This document shows, one piece after another, positions 1 through 9,574 of a DNA stretch of 51,342 nt (its first letter is position 1; each line of letters opens with the position of its first letter). The translations under genes and the position numbers were made by a program. The stretch covers positions 1 through 51,342 of the forward strand of contig CAZZKM010000004.1 of NCBI GenBank assembly GCA_964655115.1, written 5' to 3'. Source of the stretch: an uncultured Bifidobacterium sp. (GTDB taxonomy: Bacteria; Actinomycetota; Actinomycetes; S36-B12; UBA5976). The notes beneath the pieces were generated by a model. The model was given only the letters and a program-made list of their open reading frames with translations. It made no database searches and was not told the origin of the DNA.

Positions 1-1195
1 CTCTTGCTGCGGGTTCTTTGATTAGAGGTAAATCTTCTGCATCAACTTCGGCCGTAATTCCAAATAATCCTAAAGCTCTTTGAATATTTTTTAAAGAATT
101 TGAATTTCTAATTATGATAAGAATTTCAGACCACTTATTAAATAAATTTTCATTTTTAAATTTACTTATTTCATTCGCTATAAAATTACCTTGCGCATTT
201 AAATTATCAAAAGTTAATAATTCTGGAACTATATTTACTTTAGCTCTATAGTTATTTTTTAAATTTATTGATTCATTCAATCCAAAATCTAATTTAAATC
301 TATCAATAGCAGCAGTGTCTGCTCCGCGAAATTTATATATACTCTCACTTTTATCTCCAACGCATAAGAGAAATTTATCTGGAGAAACCAATTTTTTTAA
401 TAATCTTATTTGTGAGGCATCGATATCTTGAAATTCGTCAACAAAAAAATGTGTAAAATTTATATTCAATTCTTTTAAATCTTTAACTTGATGTAGTAAT
501 AAATTCACTCGGTGAACTAATTCGCCGTAATCAATAGATTCAGCTGCATCTAAATTGTCCAAATACATTTCTGCAAAATGACCTATGGCTATCCAATTTT
601 CATTTTCATATTTTTGGCCTATTTCTATTAATTGATCAGGATCCATTCCTAAACTTCGCATCTTGGCAAGCAAATTTCTTACTTGTCTTACAAATCCCCG
701 AGTTTGCAAAGATGGCTTTAGATATTGCGGCCACTGGATTGAATTATCTTCAATAGAACCTTTTATCAATTCGCTAATAATCACCTCTTGCTCAGGACCA
801 GAAAGTAAACGCAATGGAGAAAGAGAGTATTTTTCTGTAATTATTCCTTGGTTTAAAGCAGATTGCATGACTGCATGAGTAAATGAGTGAAAAGTTGAAA
901 CTTGTGGAATTGATTTTTCAAATAATCTTCTAGATAAATATTTTCGCATAGATCTAACTTGATCTCTGGAAAAACAAAAAATTATGATTTTTTCGCTCGG
1001 CACTCCATCGCTTATTTGTTGAATGACATTCTCTGCTAACACGAGAGTTTTTCCAGTACCTGGATTGCCGGTTACTAGATTTTTGCCAGTTTTTAATGAA
1101 ACCGCTTTTAACTGCTCTGCATCAAATTGTGGAGTTTTTATGACCTCCAATGCAGAATTATCAAGACAAATATCGGTTAAAACATCAGGCAACAT
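1..1195 (-). CDS. UvrD-like (SF1) ATP-dependent helicase, AdnA-type subunit; 5' part only, runs off the window edge
   Basis: Not in the ORF track. Manual minus-strand translation from ATG at 1195: MLPDVLTDICLDNS..., Walker A GNPGTGKT, motif II FFVDEFQDID, motif III VGDKSESIYKFRGAD, and the actinobacterial AdnA-like segment RLLSGPEQEVII...TRGFVRQVRNLL. I saw no stop in the portion translated. Confidence 0.85.
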   Translation of the reverse strand, partial: MLPDVLTDICLDNSALEVIKTPQFDAEQLKAVSLKTGKNLVTGNPGTGKTLVLAENVIQQISDGVPSEKIIIFCFSRDQVRSMRKYLSRRLFEKSIPQVSTFHSFTHAVMQSALNQGIITEKYSLSPLRLLSGPEQEVIISELIKGSIEDNSIQWPQYLKPSLQTRGFVRQVRNLLAKMRSLGMDPDQLIEIGQKYENENWIAIGHFAEMYLDNLDAAESIDYGELVHRVNLLLHQVKDLKELNINFTHFFVDEFQDIDASQIRLLKKLVSPDKFLLCVGDKSESIYKFRGADTAAIDRFKLDFGLNESINLKNNYRAKVNIVPELLTFDNLNAQGNFIANEISKFKNENLFNKWSEILIIIRNSNSLKNIQRALGLFGITAEVDAEDLPLIKEPAAR

Positions 1196-1270
1196 AGTCC
1201 TACTTCACCAGTTACCTATGACAAGTGTCCGTTCGGCCAAAGTATTCAAGGTAATGGGACGATAGATTCA

Positions 1271-3634
1271 ATGAACTTTTTAGATAAACAAAGCAAAAGA
1301 CCCATTGCTAGGCGTCCTCGAGATTTAATCAATCTTGTTATCTCATTAGGTATCACTCTGGCTGTTGTTGGAATCGGAACACTTGCGGCACGAACTACTG
1401 CGGGGCTGGACCAAGATTTAACTCTTGCTTCTCGAGAGCTTCCTAGCTTTGTTATTTTTTTACTAAATACTATTGGTGCAACTGCAATAATTTTTGTACC
1501 TGTAATTGTTTCATTTTCGTTACTGACTAGAAATAGAACTCGACAATTAATTGATGCACTACTAGCTTCTGGTATATCAGTTTTATTCTTACTTGTTTTA
1601 TCTATCGTGATTATTCAAAGTAATTCACCACGTTTAATTCTTGCACTGACTGGTGGGTTACAAACTCAAGGAGTCACACCACTTGATCCACTTATCGCTG
1701 GTTTAATTTCATTTTTAGTTATAGCAAGAGTTCTTGATAGAGGTCGACTTGGTTTTATTGCAATAATTTCAGTATTTTCACTTGTTTTTGCATCTTTAAT
1801 TGCTGGCCAAACCACTATTGTGGCTCAAATTGCAAATATTTTAATTGGTTGGTCTGTTGGACTTGCTGTTCGTTACATTCTGGGAACTCCAATAAATAGA
1901 GCAAGTGAATCCCAAATTAAAGATGGAATTGAAGCTGATGGGTTTCAGGTTTTAAAAATGGAATTCTTAATGGAAACTACAGAGGCACGAATCTTTAAAG
2001 TAAATTTATCTAACAATAAAGAACTAAATGTTTGGGTTTTTGATTGGGAATTACAGGGATCAGGAGTAATTAGTTCATGGCTTCGAGGAGTGTTTTTAAA
2101 AACCTCTGGTGATTTCAGAGGCATGAGTATCAGAAGAAGAGTTGAAAGAACTGCCTTATTAGCACATGCAATTTCTGCAGTAGGTGTCAAAGTTCCAGAA
2201 GTGGAAATGGTTAGAGAATTAGAACCAGATTCTATATTTATTGCACTTGAAAATATACCTGGTAAGAATCTAGCTGAAATTTCAAATTACGATATTAAAA
2301 TAACTGACCAACAAATCGAACAATTTTTTCAAAATATAAATAAACTTCACAAGGCAGATATAGTCCACCGCGCATTATCTGCTGAAAACATTTTTCTAAC
2401 TGACGCGAACGACATTGCTTTGACAGCTGTTCATTCGGGCGCAATAGCTGCAACAGAAGTTCAACAAAGAATTGATTTAGCAGAATCTCTTGTCACTATT
2501 GCAAGAATTAGCTCAGTTGAAAAAAGTATTGAGATTGCAAAAAAAGTTTTCAAAATAGATGAATTAATTTCTGTAATTCCTGCGCTACAAAGAGTAGCGA
2601 TGAGTAGGAAAACTCGAAATTATCTAAAAAGTAATAAAAAGCTGCTTTTGGAACTAAGAAAAGGACTTGGAGATTTTGCTGCAACTTCAGAAATTGAACC
2701 TATTCAATTTCAAAGAGTCAATTGGCGAAATGTTTTTTTGGCCATTTTTTCTGTATTTGCCCTTTATATTTTGGTTCCCCAATTTAGCCAAGTAAATGTC
2801 TCGGAATTGATATCAAAAGCCCAATGGCAATGGGCCGCAATCGCACTTGTTAGTGCAACATTGACTTATATAGCCTCTACATCTTTATTGCTTGCATTTG
2901 TGATCAAAAAAGTAAATTGGTTAAAAACTTTGCAAGCTCAACTTGCTGCTTCTTTTGCAACTTTAGTCACCCCACCCACCTTAGGTTCAGTGGCTGTAAA
3001 TATTAGATTCTTAAATAAATCAGGCGTCAGTGCTACCTCATCTGCCACAGCAGTTGGTGTTTCACAAGTAATTATGTTTTTTATTCATGTGATTTTTCTT
3101 GTGATCACAGGAGTAATCGCAGGAGCGCAAACTGACTTATCATTTAGACCACCTAGAGTTACTTTATTAATTTTCGTTATTTTGTTTGCCATTATCATCG
3201 TGGCTTTATCAGTTCCCCGAATAAGAAATTGGGTTTTATCAAAAACTCGACCAATATTTTCCCATATTGGTCCAACTTTAGCTGTTATTGTTCAACAACC
3301 AAAACGATTACTAATAAGTTTAGTTTCTTCGATCTTAATTAATGTTTTATATATCATTTCATTTTATGCTTCATTGAAAGCATTTAATGCAGAAATTTCA
3401 TTTTTTACAATTGCATTTGTTTATTTAGCCGGAGCAACAATTGGTCAAGCTGCTCCAACCCCAGGTGGAATTGGAGCAGTTGAAGCTACGTTGGTGGCAG
3501 GACTAACTGCTACAGGTGTGCCCTCAGCACTTGCATTATCTGGAGTGTTGCTTTACCGAATAGCAACCTTCTACATTCGAGTATTACCAGGCTGGTTTGC
3601 TTTTGTTGATCTTCAAAGAAAAAATCTTATTTAA
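1271..3634 (+). CDS. Membrane protein: N-terminal TM bundle, central kinase-like domain and C-terminal lysylphosphatidylglycerol-synthase TM (flippase-like, UPF0104) domain
   Basis: 787 aa. Hydrophobic N-terminus, soluble middle with LHKADIVHRALSAENIFL, and C-terminal APTPGGIGAVEATLVAGL...LLYRIATF typical of the LPG-synthase TM family. Confidence 0.8.
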   Translation: MNFLDKQSKRPIARRPRDLINLVISLGITLAVVGIGTLAARTTAGLDQDLTLASRELPSFVIFLLNTIGATAIIFVPVIVSFSLLTRNRTRQLIDALLASGISVLFLLVLSIVIIQSNSPRLILALTGGLQTQGVTPLDPLIAGLISFLVIARVLDRGRLGFIAIISVFSLVFASLIAGQTTIVAQIANILIGWSVGLAVRYILGTPINRASESQIKDGIEADGFQVLKMEFLMETTEARIFKVNLSNNKELNVWVFDWELQGSGVISSWLRGVFLKTSGDFRGMSIRRRVERTALLAHAISAVGVKVPEVEMVRELEPDSIFIALENIPGKNLAEISNYDIKITDQQIEQFFQNINKLHKADIVHRALSAENIFLTDANDIALTAVHSGAIAATEVQQRIDLAESLVTIARISSVEKSIEIAKKVFKIDELISVIPALQRVAMSRKTRNYLKSNKKLLLELRKGLGDFAATSEIEPIQFQRVNWRNVFLAIFSVFALYILVPQFSQVNVSELISKAQWQWAAIALVSATLTYIASTSLLLAFVIKKVNWLKTLQAQLAASFATLVTPPTLGSVAVNIRFLNKSGVSATSSATAVGVSQVIMFFIHVIFLVITGVIAGAQTDLSFRPPRVTLLIFVILFAIIIVALSVPRIRNWVLSKTRPIFSHIGPTLAVIVQQPKRLLISLVSSILINVLYIISFYASLKAFNAEISFFTIAFVYLAGATIGQAAPTPGGIGAVEATLVAGLTATGVPSALALSGVLLYRIATFYIRVLPGWFAFVDLQRKNLI

Positions 3635-3950
3635 TTTTTCTTTCACGCATTGCTAAAAATAATGGAAATGTGAAAGCAATAGCTGTCACAAAAGAACCTA
3701 AAATATATAGCCAAACGTTTTTCATCTTTAGTCTTTTGCCCTCAAAATACATAAATATGCTTGCCGCACTTGCGGCAATTAATAAATCTGTGGTGGCTGA
3801 AGAAACTGCAGGACTACTGGACCAATCTGAAAAAAAATCACTACCTTGCTGAATTGCCAAAATATTGAAGTACCAAGTTCCAACTAAGCCAGCAATACTT
3901 AAAAGTAAATAAATTCTTGAGCGTGAATTCCAGTTCTTCAGCACATTCAT
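3627..3950 (-). CDS. DUF2834-like small membrane protein
   Basis: 107 aa with three hydrophobic segments and motifs DLLIAA...EGKRLKMK and AIAFTFPLFLAMRER. Confidence 0.7.
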   Translation of the reverse strand: MNVLKNWNSRSRIYLLLSIAGLVGTWYFNILAIQQGSDFFSDWSSSPAVSSATTDLLIAASAASIFMYFEGKRLKMKNVWLYILGSFVTAIAFTFPLFLAMRERKIK

Positions 3951-3979
3951 ATTTTGTCATCAAATAGATTAGTTTTACT

Positions 3980-4615
3980 ATGGTTTCCCATTCAACACAC
4001 CTGAAAAACGGAATTAATTTATTGAAACAAACTTGCCCTCATTTATATAAATTTGTAGATATTAGCGATCGTTGCAATTTAAAGCCTCAGACACACTCTG
4101 TAAATTTATATTATGAATCCTTAGTCAAATCAATTGTTGCACAACAAATTTCTACCCAGGCAGCTTTAACAATAAGCAATAGATTAAATAAATTAACACG
4201 CCAAAACATTACTCCTCGAGTTATAGTAAATAAAACTGATAAACAATTAGCCGAAATTGGATTATCTAAATCAAAAATAAAGGCTATTAAGGGTCTAGCA
4301 ATATCGCAATTAGAAAAAGAAATTGATCTTGCCTCTTTAAAAGATTTAAGTGATACAGAAGCTGTAAAAGTCTTAAGTTCACAATTTGGCATAGGTAGAT
4401 GGACCGCTGAAATGTTTTTAATGTTTACCTTGGGAAGATTAAATATATGGCCAGTAGGAGATCTAGCAGTTAGAAGAGGTTGGCAAGTTAGTCATGGCTT
4501 AAAAGAAATGCCAAATGAGAAACAGCTAGAACCACTGGGAAATCCATTTAGTCCATATCGTTCAATTGCGGCTTGGTATTGCTGGAGAGTGCTCGAACCA
4601 AAAGAACCCTGGTAA
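3980..4615 (+). CDS. alkA: DNA-3-methyladenine glycosylase II (AlkA / HhH-GPD family)
   Basis: LVKSIVAQQISTQAA, HhH motif GIGRWTAEMFLMF, WPVGDLAVRRG, PYRSIAAWYCW. Confidence 0.85.
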   Translation: MVSHSTHLKNGINLLKQTCPHLYKFVDISDRCNLKPQTHSVNLYYESLVKSIVAQQISTQAALTISNRLNKLTRQNITPRVIVNKTDKQLAEIGLSKSKIKAIKGLAISQLEKEIDLASLKDLSDTEAVKVLSSQFGIGRWTAEMFLMFTLGRLNIWPVGDLAVRRGWQVSHGLKEMPNEKQLEPLGNPFSPYRSIAAWYCWRVLEPKEPW

Positions 4616-5251
4616 TTATGAAAGTATTTTTTTTGACCAATAAAAAATAAAAGGGGTTAAAACTAATGTTGGTCCTATCCAAATTATAAATTCAGGAATT
4701 TGGCTATTCTGAATTCTTGGAACAAACTGTTGAACTAAAACGGCAGTTATGGTCGCAATTGTTCCTCCAAGCATTCTTTGTAAATGATTGGCAATTCTAT
4801 ATTTTGACTTATATAACTCAATTTTTAATGCTTTATAATCTTCCATTACAAAAGTTATCATTCCTAAACCAAAAAATATCAAAACTATCCCAATGGAATT
4901 TTTAGTAAGTAAAATAAATAATCCATAACAAAGTAATACAAAAATAATTAGCAATCCGATGAAAGTTGTGATCTTATCTATTTTATTTAAAGTAGCATTT
5001 TTGTATCTAGCTCTTCTAAAACCTGTCCAAACCAAATATCCACTAAACAAGCCAATTGCAAATAAAAAAGGGTTAGGTCTAATAACCGAAAGTACGAATG
5101 CACCTATAACCACATAGAACATAGCACCACTGTAAATTCTTCCAAAATAAACGTGCTTGCTAGAGCCTTTTTTAGTTGATAGAGCGCTAAACGCGGTAAT
5201 TAATGCAATAGAACCTGCCAAAACATGCGAAATTAAAAGGAATTGAACCAC
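4616..5251 (-). CDS. DUF2306-like membrane protein
   Basis: GTG start. Motifs HVLAGSIAL...KKGSSKHVYFGRIY and HLQRMLGGTIATITA, with multiple TM segments. Confidence 0.65.
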   Translation of the reverse strand: MVQFLLISHVLAGSIALITAFSALSTKKGSSKHVYFGRIYSGAMFYVVIGAFVLSVIRPNPFLFAIGLFSGYLVWTGFRRARYKNATLNKIDKITTFIGLLIIFVLLCYGLFILLTKNSIGIVLIFFGLGMITFVMEDYKALKIELYKSKYRIANHLQRMLGGTIATITAVLVQQFVPRIQNSQIPEFIIWIGPTLVLTPFIFYWSKKILS

Positions 5252-5257
5252 GTCTAG

Positions 5258-5289
5258 AAAATATCACAACAACTAAAGTAGATTAAGTT
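5258..5289. promoter_or_regulatory. Back-to-back -10 elements for leaderless transcripts of DUF2306 (minus) and map (plus)
   Basis: Minus: TG-a-TATTTT (5258-5263), 6 nt, then GTG. Plus: TAAGTT (5284-5289), 5 nt, then ATG 5295. Neither gene has an SD. Confidence 0.5.
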
Positions 5290-5294
5290 AAGAC

Positions 5295-6068
5295 ATGTTC
5301 AATAAAAATGACATTCAGTTAAAAACAAAAGAAGAATTTGCCATCATGCGAAAAGCTGGCAAAGTTGTAGCTTTGTGTTTGGAAGAAATAAAAAATCAAA
5401 TTAAACCTGGTATGTCCACCAAAGATTTAGACAAAATCGCTTTTTCGATCATGGAAAAAGAAAATGCTAAACCTTCTTTTCTGGGCTATCACGGTTATCC
5501 TGCAGTGATTTGTGTTTCTGTAAATGAGGAAGTTGTGCATGGAATTCCCAAAGATGACAAAATTATTCAAGACGGAGATTTAGTAAGTGTTGATTGTGGA
5601 GCAATAATTGAAGGCTGGCATGGTGATGCCGCTATAACAATTTGTGTTGGAAATGTAAAAGCCGAACACAAAAAATTAAGTGAGATCACTGAAAAAGCAC
5701 TCCAAATTGGAATAAATGCGGCAATTGCTGGAAAAAGAATCGGTGATATTGGTTTTGCTATAGAAAAATACGTTAAAACTTTTAGTGATTTAAAAATTGG
5801 AATTTTAGAAGACTATGTTGGACATGGAATTGGTACTCAAATGCATATGCCACCAAGTGTGCCTAATTATGGAAAAGCAGGAACTGGGCCTGAAATCAAA
5901 GTTGGTATGGCATTAGCAATTGAACCCATGTTGGTTTTAGGTAGTAATAAAGTGCATGTATTAGAAGATGAATGGACTGTTGTTTCAAGCCATGGACATT
6001 TTGCAAGTCATTGGGAAAACACCATTGCAATAACGGAAAATGGACCAGAAATTTTAACTAAACTTTAA
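5295..6068 (+). CDS. map: Type I methionine aminopeptidase
   Basis: CVSVNEEVVHGIP, VSVDCGA, GWHGDAA, VGHGIG, AIEPM, SHWENTIAIT. Confidence 0.95.
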   Translation: MFNKNDIQLKTKEEFAIMRKAGKVVALCLEEIKNQIKPGMSTKDLDKIAFSIMEKENAKPSFLGYHGYPAVICVSVNEEVVHGIPKDDKIIQDGDLVSVDCGAIIEGWHGDAAITICVGNVKAEHKKLSEITEKALQIGINAAIAGKRIGDIGFAIEKYVKTFSDLKIGILEDYVGHGIGTQMHMPPSVPNYGKAGTGPEIKVGMALAIEPMLVLGSNKVHVLEDEWTVVSSHGHFASHWENTIAITENGPEILTKL

Positions 6069-6620
6069 TTTTGAAAAAATTGTTTTACTAACTTCTTCCA
6101 CACTACCCATTCCATCAATTTTTTCTAAAATGCCACGTTTTTCAAACTCTGAAATTAAAGGTGAAGTTTCTTTTTTATAAACTTCTAGTCTTTTTGCAAT
6201 AACTTCCTCAGTATCATCAACTCTATTTTGCTCATTGGCTCTTTTTACTAGCCTTTCAATTACTATTTTTGTATCGACAACTAGTTCAATAACTTTATCT
6301 AGTTTTTGATTTTTCTTATTTAATAACTGATCTAAAAATTTAACTTGATCCAAAGTTCTTGGATAACCATCTAGTAAGAATCCATTCGAAACATCATCCC
6401 AAGTTAATCGATCCTCAACAATTCTGTTTGTTACATCATCTGGAACGTAAACGCCTTTATCCATATAAGATTTTGCTTCTTTACCAAGCGCAGTTTCTTT
6501 CTTTAAATTTTCTCTAAAAATGTCGCCTGTAGAAATATGTGCAATTTTAAACTCTTTTGCAATATTTAAAGCTTGAGTTCCTTTACCAGCACCTGGTGGA
6601 CCCATTATTAATAAACGCAT
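6054..6620 (-). CDS. adk: Adenylate kinase (short-lid type)
   Basis: GPPGAGKGTQA, HISTGDIFR, FLLDGYPRT. Lies downstream of secY. Confidence 0.97.
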   Translation of the reverse strand: MRLLIMGPPGAGKGTQALNIAKEFKIAHISTGDIFRENLKKETALGKEAKSYMDKGVYVPDDVTNRIVEDRLTWDDVSNGFLLDGYPRTLDQVKFLDQLLNKKNQKLDKVIELVVDTKIVIERLVKRANEQNRVDDTEEVIAKRLEVYKKETSPLISEFEKRGILEKIDGMGSVEEVSKTIFSKLKFS

Positions 6621-6626
6621 TTTTAA

Positions 6627-7946
6627 CTACAATGTTGGATTTTGTTTAGTAAAACCTTCATAATTTCTTTGTTGTAATTGGCTTTCAATTTGCTTAACTG
6701 TATCTAAACCAACTCCAACCATAATTAACAAACTTGTGCCACCAAATAGGAATCGATTTCCTACTCCCAGAGCACCAAATGCAATAAATGGAATTACAGC
6801 GATGATGGTTAGATAAGTGGATCCTGCTGCCATTAATCTTGATAAAACATATTTTAAATAATCAGATGTAGGTTTGCCGGCACGGATTCCTGGAATAAAT
6901 CCACCATATTTTTTCATATTGTCTGCAACTTCTACCGGATCAAAGGTAATTGACGAATAAAAATAAGCAAAAAATACAATTAAAATCGCATAAGTTATCA
7001 CATATGGAACTTCTGTTCCATTTTGAAAGTTTCTAGAAATCCATTGCGCCCAGCCACTTTGCGAGTTAGACAGTTGCACAAACAAAGATGGAATATAAAG
7101 CAAAGATGAAGCAAAGATAACTGGGATAACGCCTGCCATATTAACTTTCAACGGAATATAAGTTGAAGTTCCACCATAGCTTTGCCTACCCACCATTCTT
7201 TTGGCATATTGCACAGGGATTCTTCTTTGTGCTTGTTCCACAAAAACAACTCCAGCAATAATTATGATTCCAACAGCTGCTGTTGCAATGAAGATAAATA
7301 GTCCATTAATTGTCAAAATTGCAGCAAATTGTGAAGGAACGGAAGAAATAATTGAAGAAAATATTAATAACGACATACCATTACCAACTCCGCGTTGAGT
7401 TATAAGCTCACCTAACCACATCACAAGAGCTGTTCCTGCTGTCATTGTTAAAACCATAGAAATCATTACTGGAATTGATTGATTCGGAATCAAATCATTT
7501 GGACAGCCTCTTAATAGTTGTCCAGGAGTTCTAGCAAGAGCCAAAATAGATGTTGCTTGTAATAAACCAAGAGCAATAGTTACATATCTCGTGTATTGAG
7601 TAATTAAAGCTTGACCTGATTGTCCTTCTTTTTTCAACATTTCTAATCTTGGAATTACCACAGTTAAAAGTTGGATAATGATTGAAGCTGTGATGTAGGG
7701 CATGATCCCTAGAGCAAAAATGCTTAATTGTAAAAGTGCTCCACCAGAAAATAAATTGATAACTCCATACAAAGAATCACCTTGAACCAATTCAATACAT
7801 TGTTGAATTGCTGGATAATCAACTCCAGGAGTTGGCACAGTTGTACCAAGTCGATAAAACGCAATCATTCCAAGTGTGAATAATAATTTGCGACGTAAAT
7901 CAGGAGTGCGAAAAGCATCCGTTAACCAAGCAAAATTAAGATTCAA
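6627..7946 (-). CDS. secY: Preprotein translocase subunit SecY
   Basis: FALGIMPYITASII, GVGNGMSLLIF, GVIPVIFASS, GGFIPGIRAG, GGTSLLIMVGV. TTG start after SD AGGAG. Confidence 0.98.
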   Translation of the reverse strand: MNLNFAWLTDAFRTPDLRRKLLFTLGMIAFYRLGTTVPTPGVDYPAIQQCIELVQGDSLYGVINLFSGGALLQLSIFALGIMPYITASIIIQLLTVVIPRLEMLKKEGQSGQALITQYTRYVTIALGLLQATSILALARTPGQLLRGCPNDLIPNQSIPVMISMVLTMTAGTALVMWLGELITQRGVGNGMSLLIFSSIISSVPSQFAAILTINGLFIFIATAAVGIIIIAGVVFVEQAQRRIPVQYAKRMVGRQSYGGTSTYIPLKVNMAGVIPVIFASSLLYIPSLFVQLSNSQSGWAQWISRNFQNGTEVPYVITYAILIVFFAYFYSSITFDPVEVADNMKKYGGFIPGIRAGKPTSDYLKYVLSRLMAAGSTYLTIIAVIPFIAFGALGVGNRFLFGGTSLLIMVGVGLDTVKQIESQLQQRNYEGFTKQNPTL

Positions 7947-7957
7947 TTTAAAAACTC

Positions 7958-8398
7958 CTAAAGAGCTTTAATTGATCCACCAGCAGCAGATATTTTGCTT
8001 GAGGCAGATTCACTGAATTTGTCAGCCACAACAGTAACTTTCACAGAAATTTCTCCATGACCAAGCACTTTAACTGGTTGACCTTTTCTTATTGCGCCAA
8101 CTTTTACCAAACTAGCTGGAGTAACTTCGCCACCTTGAGGAAAAAGTCTTGCAATATCAGAAACATTTACTACTTGATATTTAATTTTGTTTGGTGGAGT
8201 AAAACCGCGAAGTTTTGGTAAACGCATGTGCAAAGGCATTTGACCACCTTCAAAAGCAGCAGAATAATTTCTTCTTGCTCCTGAACCTTTGGTTCCTCTA
8301 CCTGCAGTTTTACCTTTACTTGCTTCACCTCTACCTTTACGGGTTTTATCTTTCTTAGCACCTGGTGCTGGGCGAAGATGATGAACTTTAATACTCAT
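7958..8398 (-). CDS. rplO: 50S ribosomal protein L15
   Basis: [31 protein letters not shown], and operon position. Confidence 0.97.
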   Translation of the reverse strand: MSIKVHHLRPAPGAKKDKTRKGRGEASKGKTAGRGTKGSGARRNYSAAFEGGQMPLHMRLPKLRGFTPPNKIKYQVVNVSDIARLFPQGGEVTPASLVKVGAIRKGQPVKVLGHGEISVKVTVVADKFSESASSKISAAGGSIKAL

Positions 8399-8401
8399 CT
8401 G

Positions 8402-8584
8402 TTACTTAACCTCCTCAACAGTTACTAAATGTGAAACAGTTCTTAACATGCCACGAAATTCTGGACGATCAGGTTTTACTGATTCTGATCCAATTTTTCC
8501 AAGGCCCAAAGTTTTCAAAGTGTCATGTTGAATCTTTGTGCCACCAATTGAAGACTTAACTTGTTTAATTTTTATGCTTGACAT
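8402..8584 (-). CDS. rpmD: 50S ribosomal protein L30
   Basis: IKQVKSSIG...TLKTLGL...RGMLRTVSHLVTVEEV; lies between rpsE and rplO. Confidence 0.95.
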   Translation of the reverse strand: MSSIKIKQVKSSIGGTKIQHDTLKTLGLGKIGSESVKPDRPEFRGMLRTVSHLVTVEEVK

Positions 8585-9198
8585 TAAACACCTGCTTTTT
8601 CTGCAGCTTGAGCTTTCAAAATTGCAGCAGGAACAACATGTTCTACTGTTAGTCCTCTTCTTGCTGCAACTTGTTCTGGTCTTTCAAGTTTCTTTAGTGC
8701 ATCAACAGTTGCATGAACTACGTTGATTGCATTTCCAGAACCTAAAGATTTAGTTAAAACATCATGAATGCCAGCAGCTTCTAGCACCGCACGAACAGGA
8801 CCGCCTGCAATAACACCGGTACCAGCAGAAGCTGGTCTTAACATAACAACTCCAGCTGAAGCTTCACCAGTAATTGGATGTGGAATGGTGCCTTGCACTC
8901 TTGGAACTTTGAAGAAATGTTTTTTAGCATCTTCAACAGCTTTTTGGATTGCTTGTGGAACTTCTCTTGCTTTTCCATAACCAACACCAACCATGCCGTT
9001 GCCATCTCCCACAACAACTAAAGCTGTGAAAGCAAAACGACGTCCACCTTTAACTACTTTGGCAACACGGTTTACAAAAACTACTCTTTCAATAAAAGCA
9101 GATTTTTCTCTTTCTTTTACTGCTTCATCGCGTTGTCTGCGTTCACGACGTCCTGGGCGTTCATCTGTGCCGTCTTGGTTTGTTAACTTTGCAGCCAT
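8584..9198 (-). CDS. rpsE: 30S ribosomal protein S5
   Basis: [32 protein letters not shown]. Confidence 0.98.
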   Translation of the reverse strand: MAAKLTNQDGTDERPGRRERRQRDEAVKEREKSAFIERVVFVNRVAKVVKGGRRFAFTALVVVGDGNGMVGVGYGKAREVPQAIQKAVEDAKKHFFKVPRVQGTIPHPITGEASAGVVMLRPASAGTGVIAGGPVRAVLEAAGIHDVLTKSLGSGNAINVVHATVDALKKLERPEQVAARRGLTVEHVVPAAILKAQAAEKAGV

Positions 9199-9572
9199 TA
9201 GAAATTAAGCCCTCCTTCTCGTGCTCCATCAGCTAGTGCAGCTACTCGACCGTGATATTTACGTCCTGCACGATCAAAAACTACTTCTTTGATTCCTTTA
9301 GCATTTGCTCTTTCAGCAACTTTTTTACCAACAAGTTTTGCTTGTGCAGTTTTATCTCCACTAATTCCTTCTTCAATTGAAGATGCAAAAGCAAGAGTTT
9401 GACCTGTTAAATCATCAATTACTTGTACAGTCACATTTCTCAAAGATCTTGTTACAACCAAACGTGGTTTAGCAGTAGTTCCAGAGATTTTTTTACGCAC
9501 TCTAATATGACGACGTCTCTTTGATTGGGCATTTTTACTCAAATGCTTACTTGGCTTAGTAAAATTACTCAT
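9198..9572 (-). CDS. rplR: 50S ribosomal protein L18
   Basis: [28 protein letters not shown]. Confidence 0.97.
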   Translation of the reverse strand: MSNFTKPSKHLSKNAQSKRRRHIRVRKKISGTTAKPRLVVTRSLRNVTVQVIDDLTGQTLAFASSIEEGISGDKTAQAKLVGKKVAERANAKGIKEVVFDRAGRKYHGRVAALADGAREGGLNF

Positions 9573-9574
9573 AA

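Noticed and set aside
663-1265. Plus-strand ORFs 663-878 and 1023-1265
   Set aside because: They are antisense shadows of the AdnA-like helicase and have no recognisable motifs.
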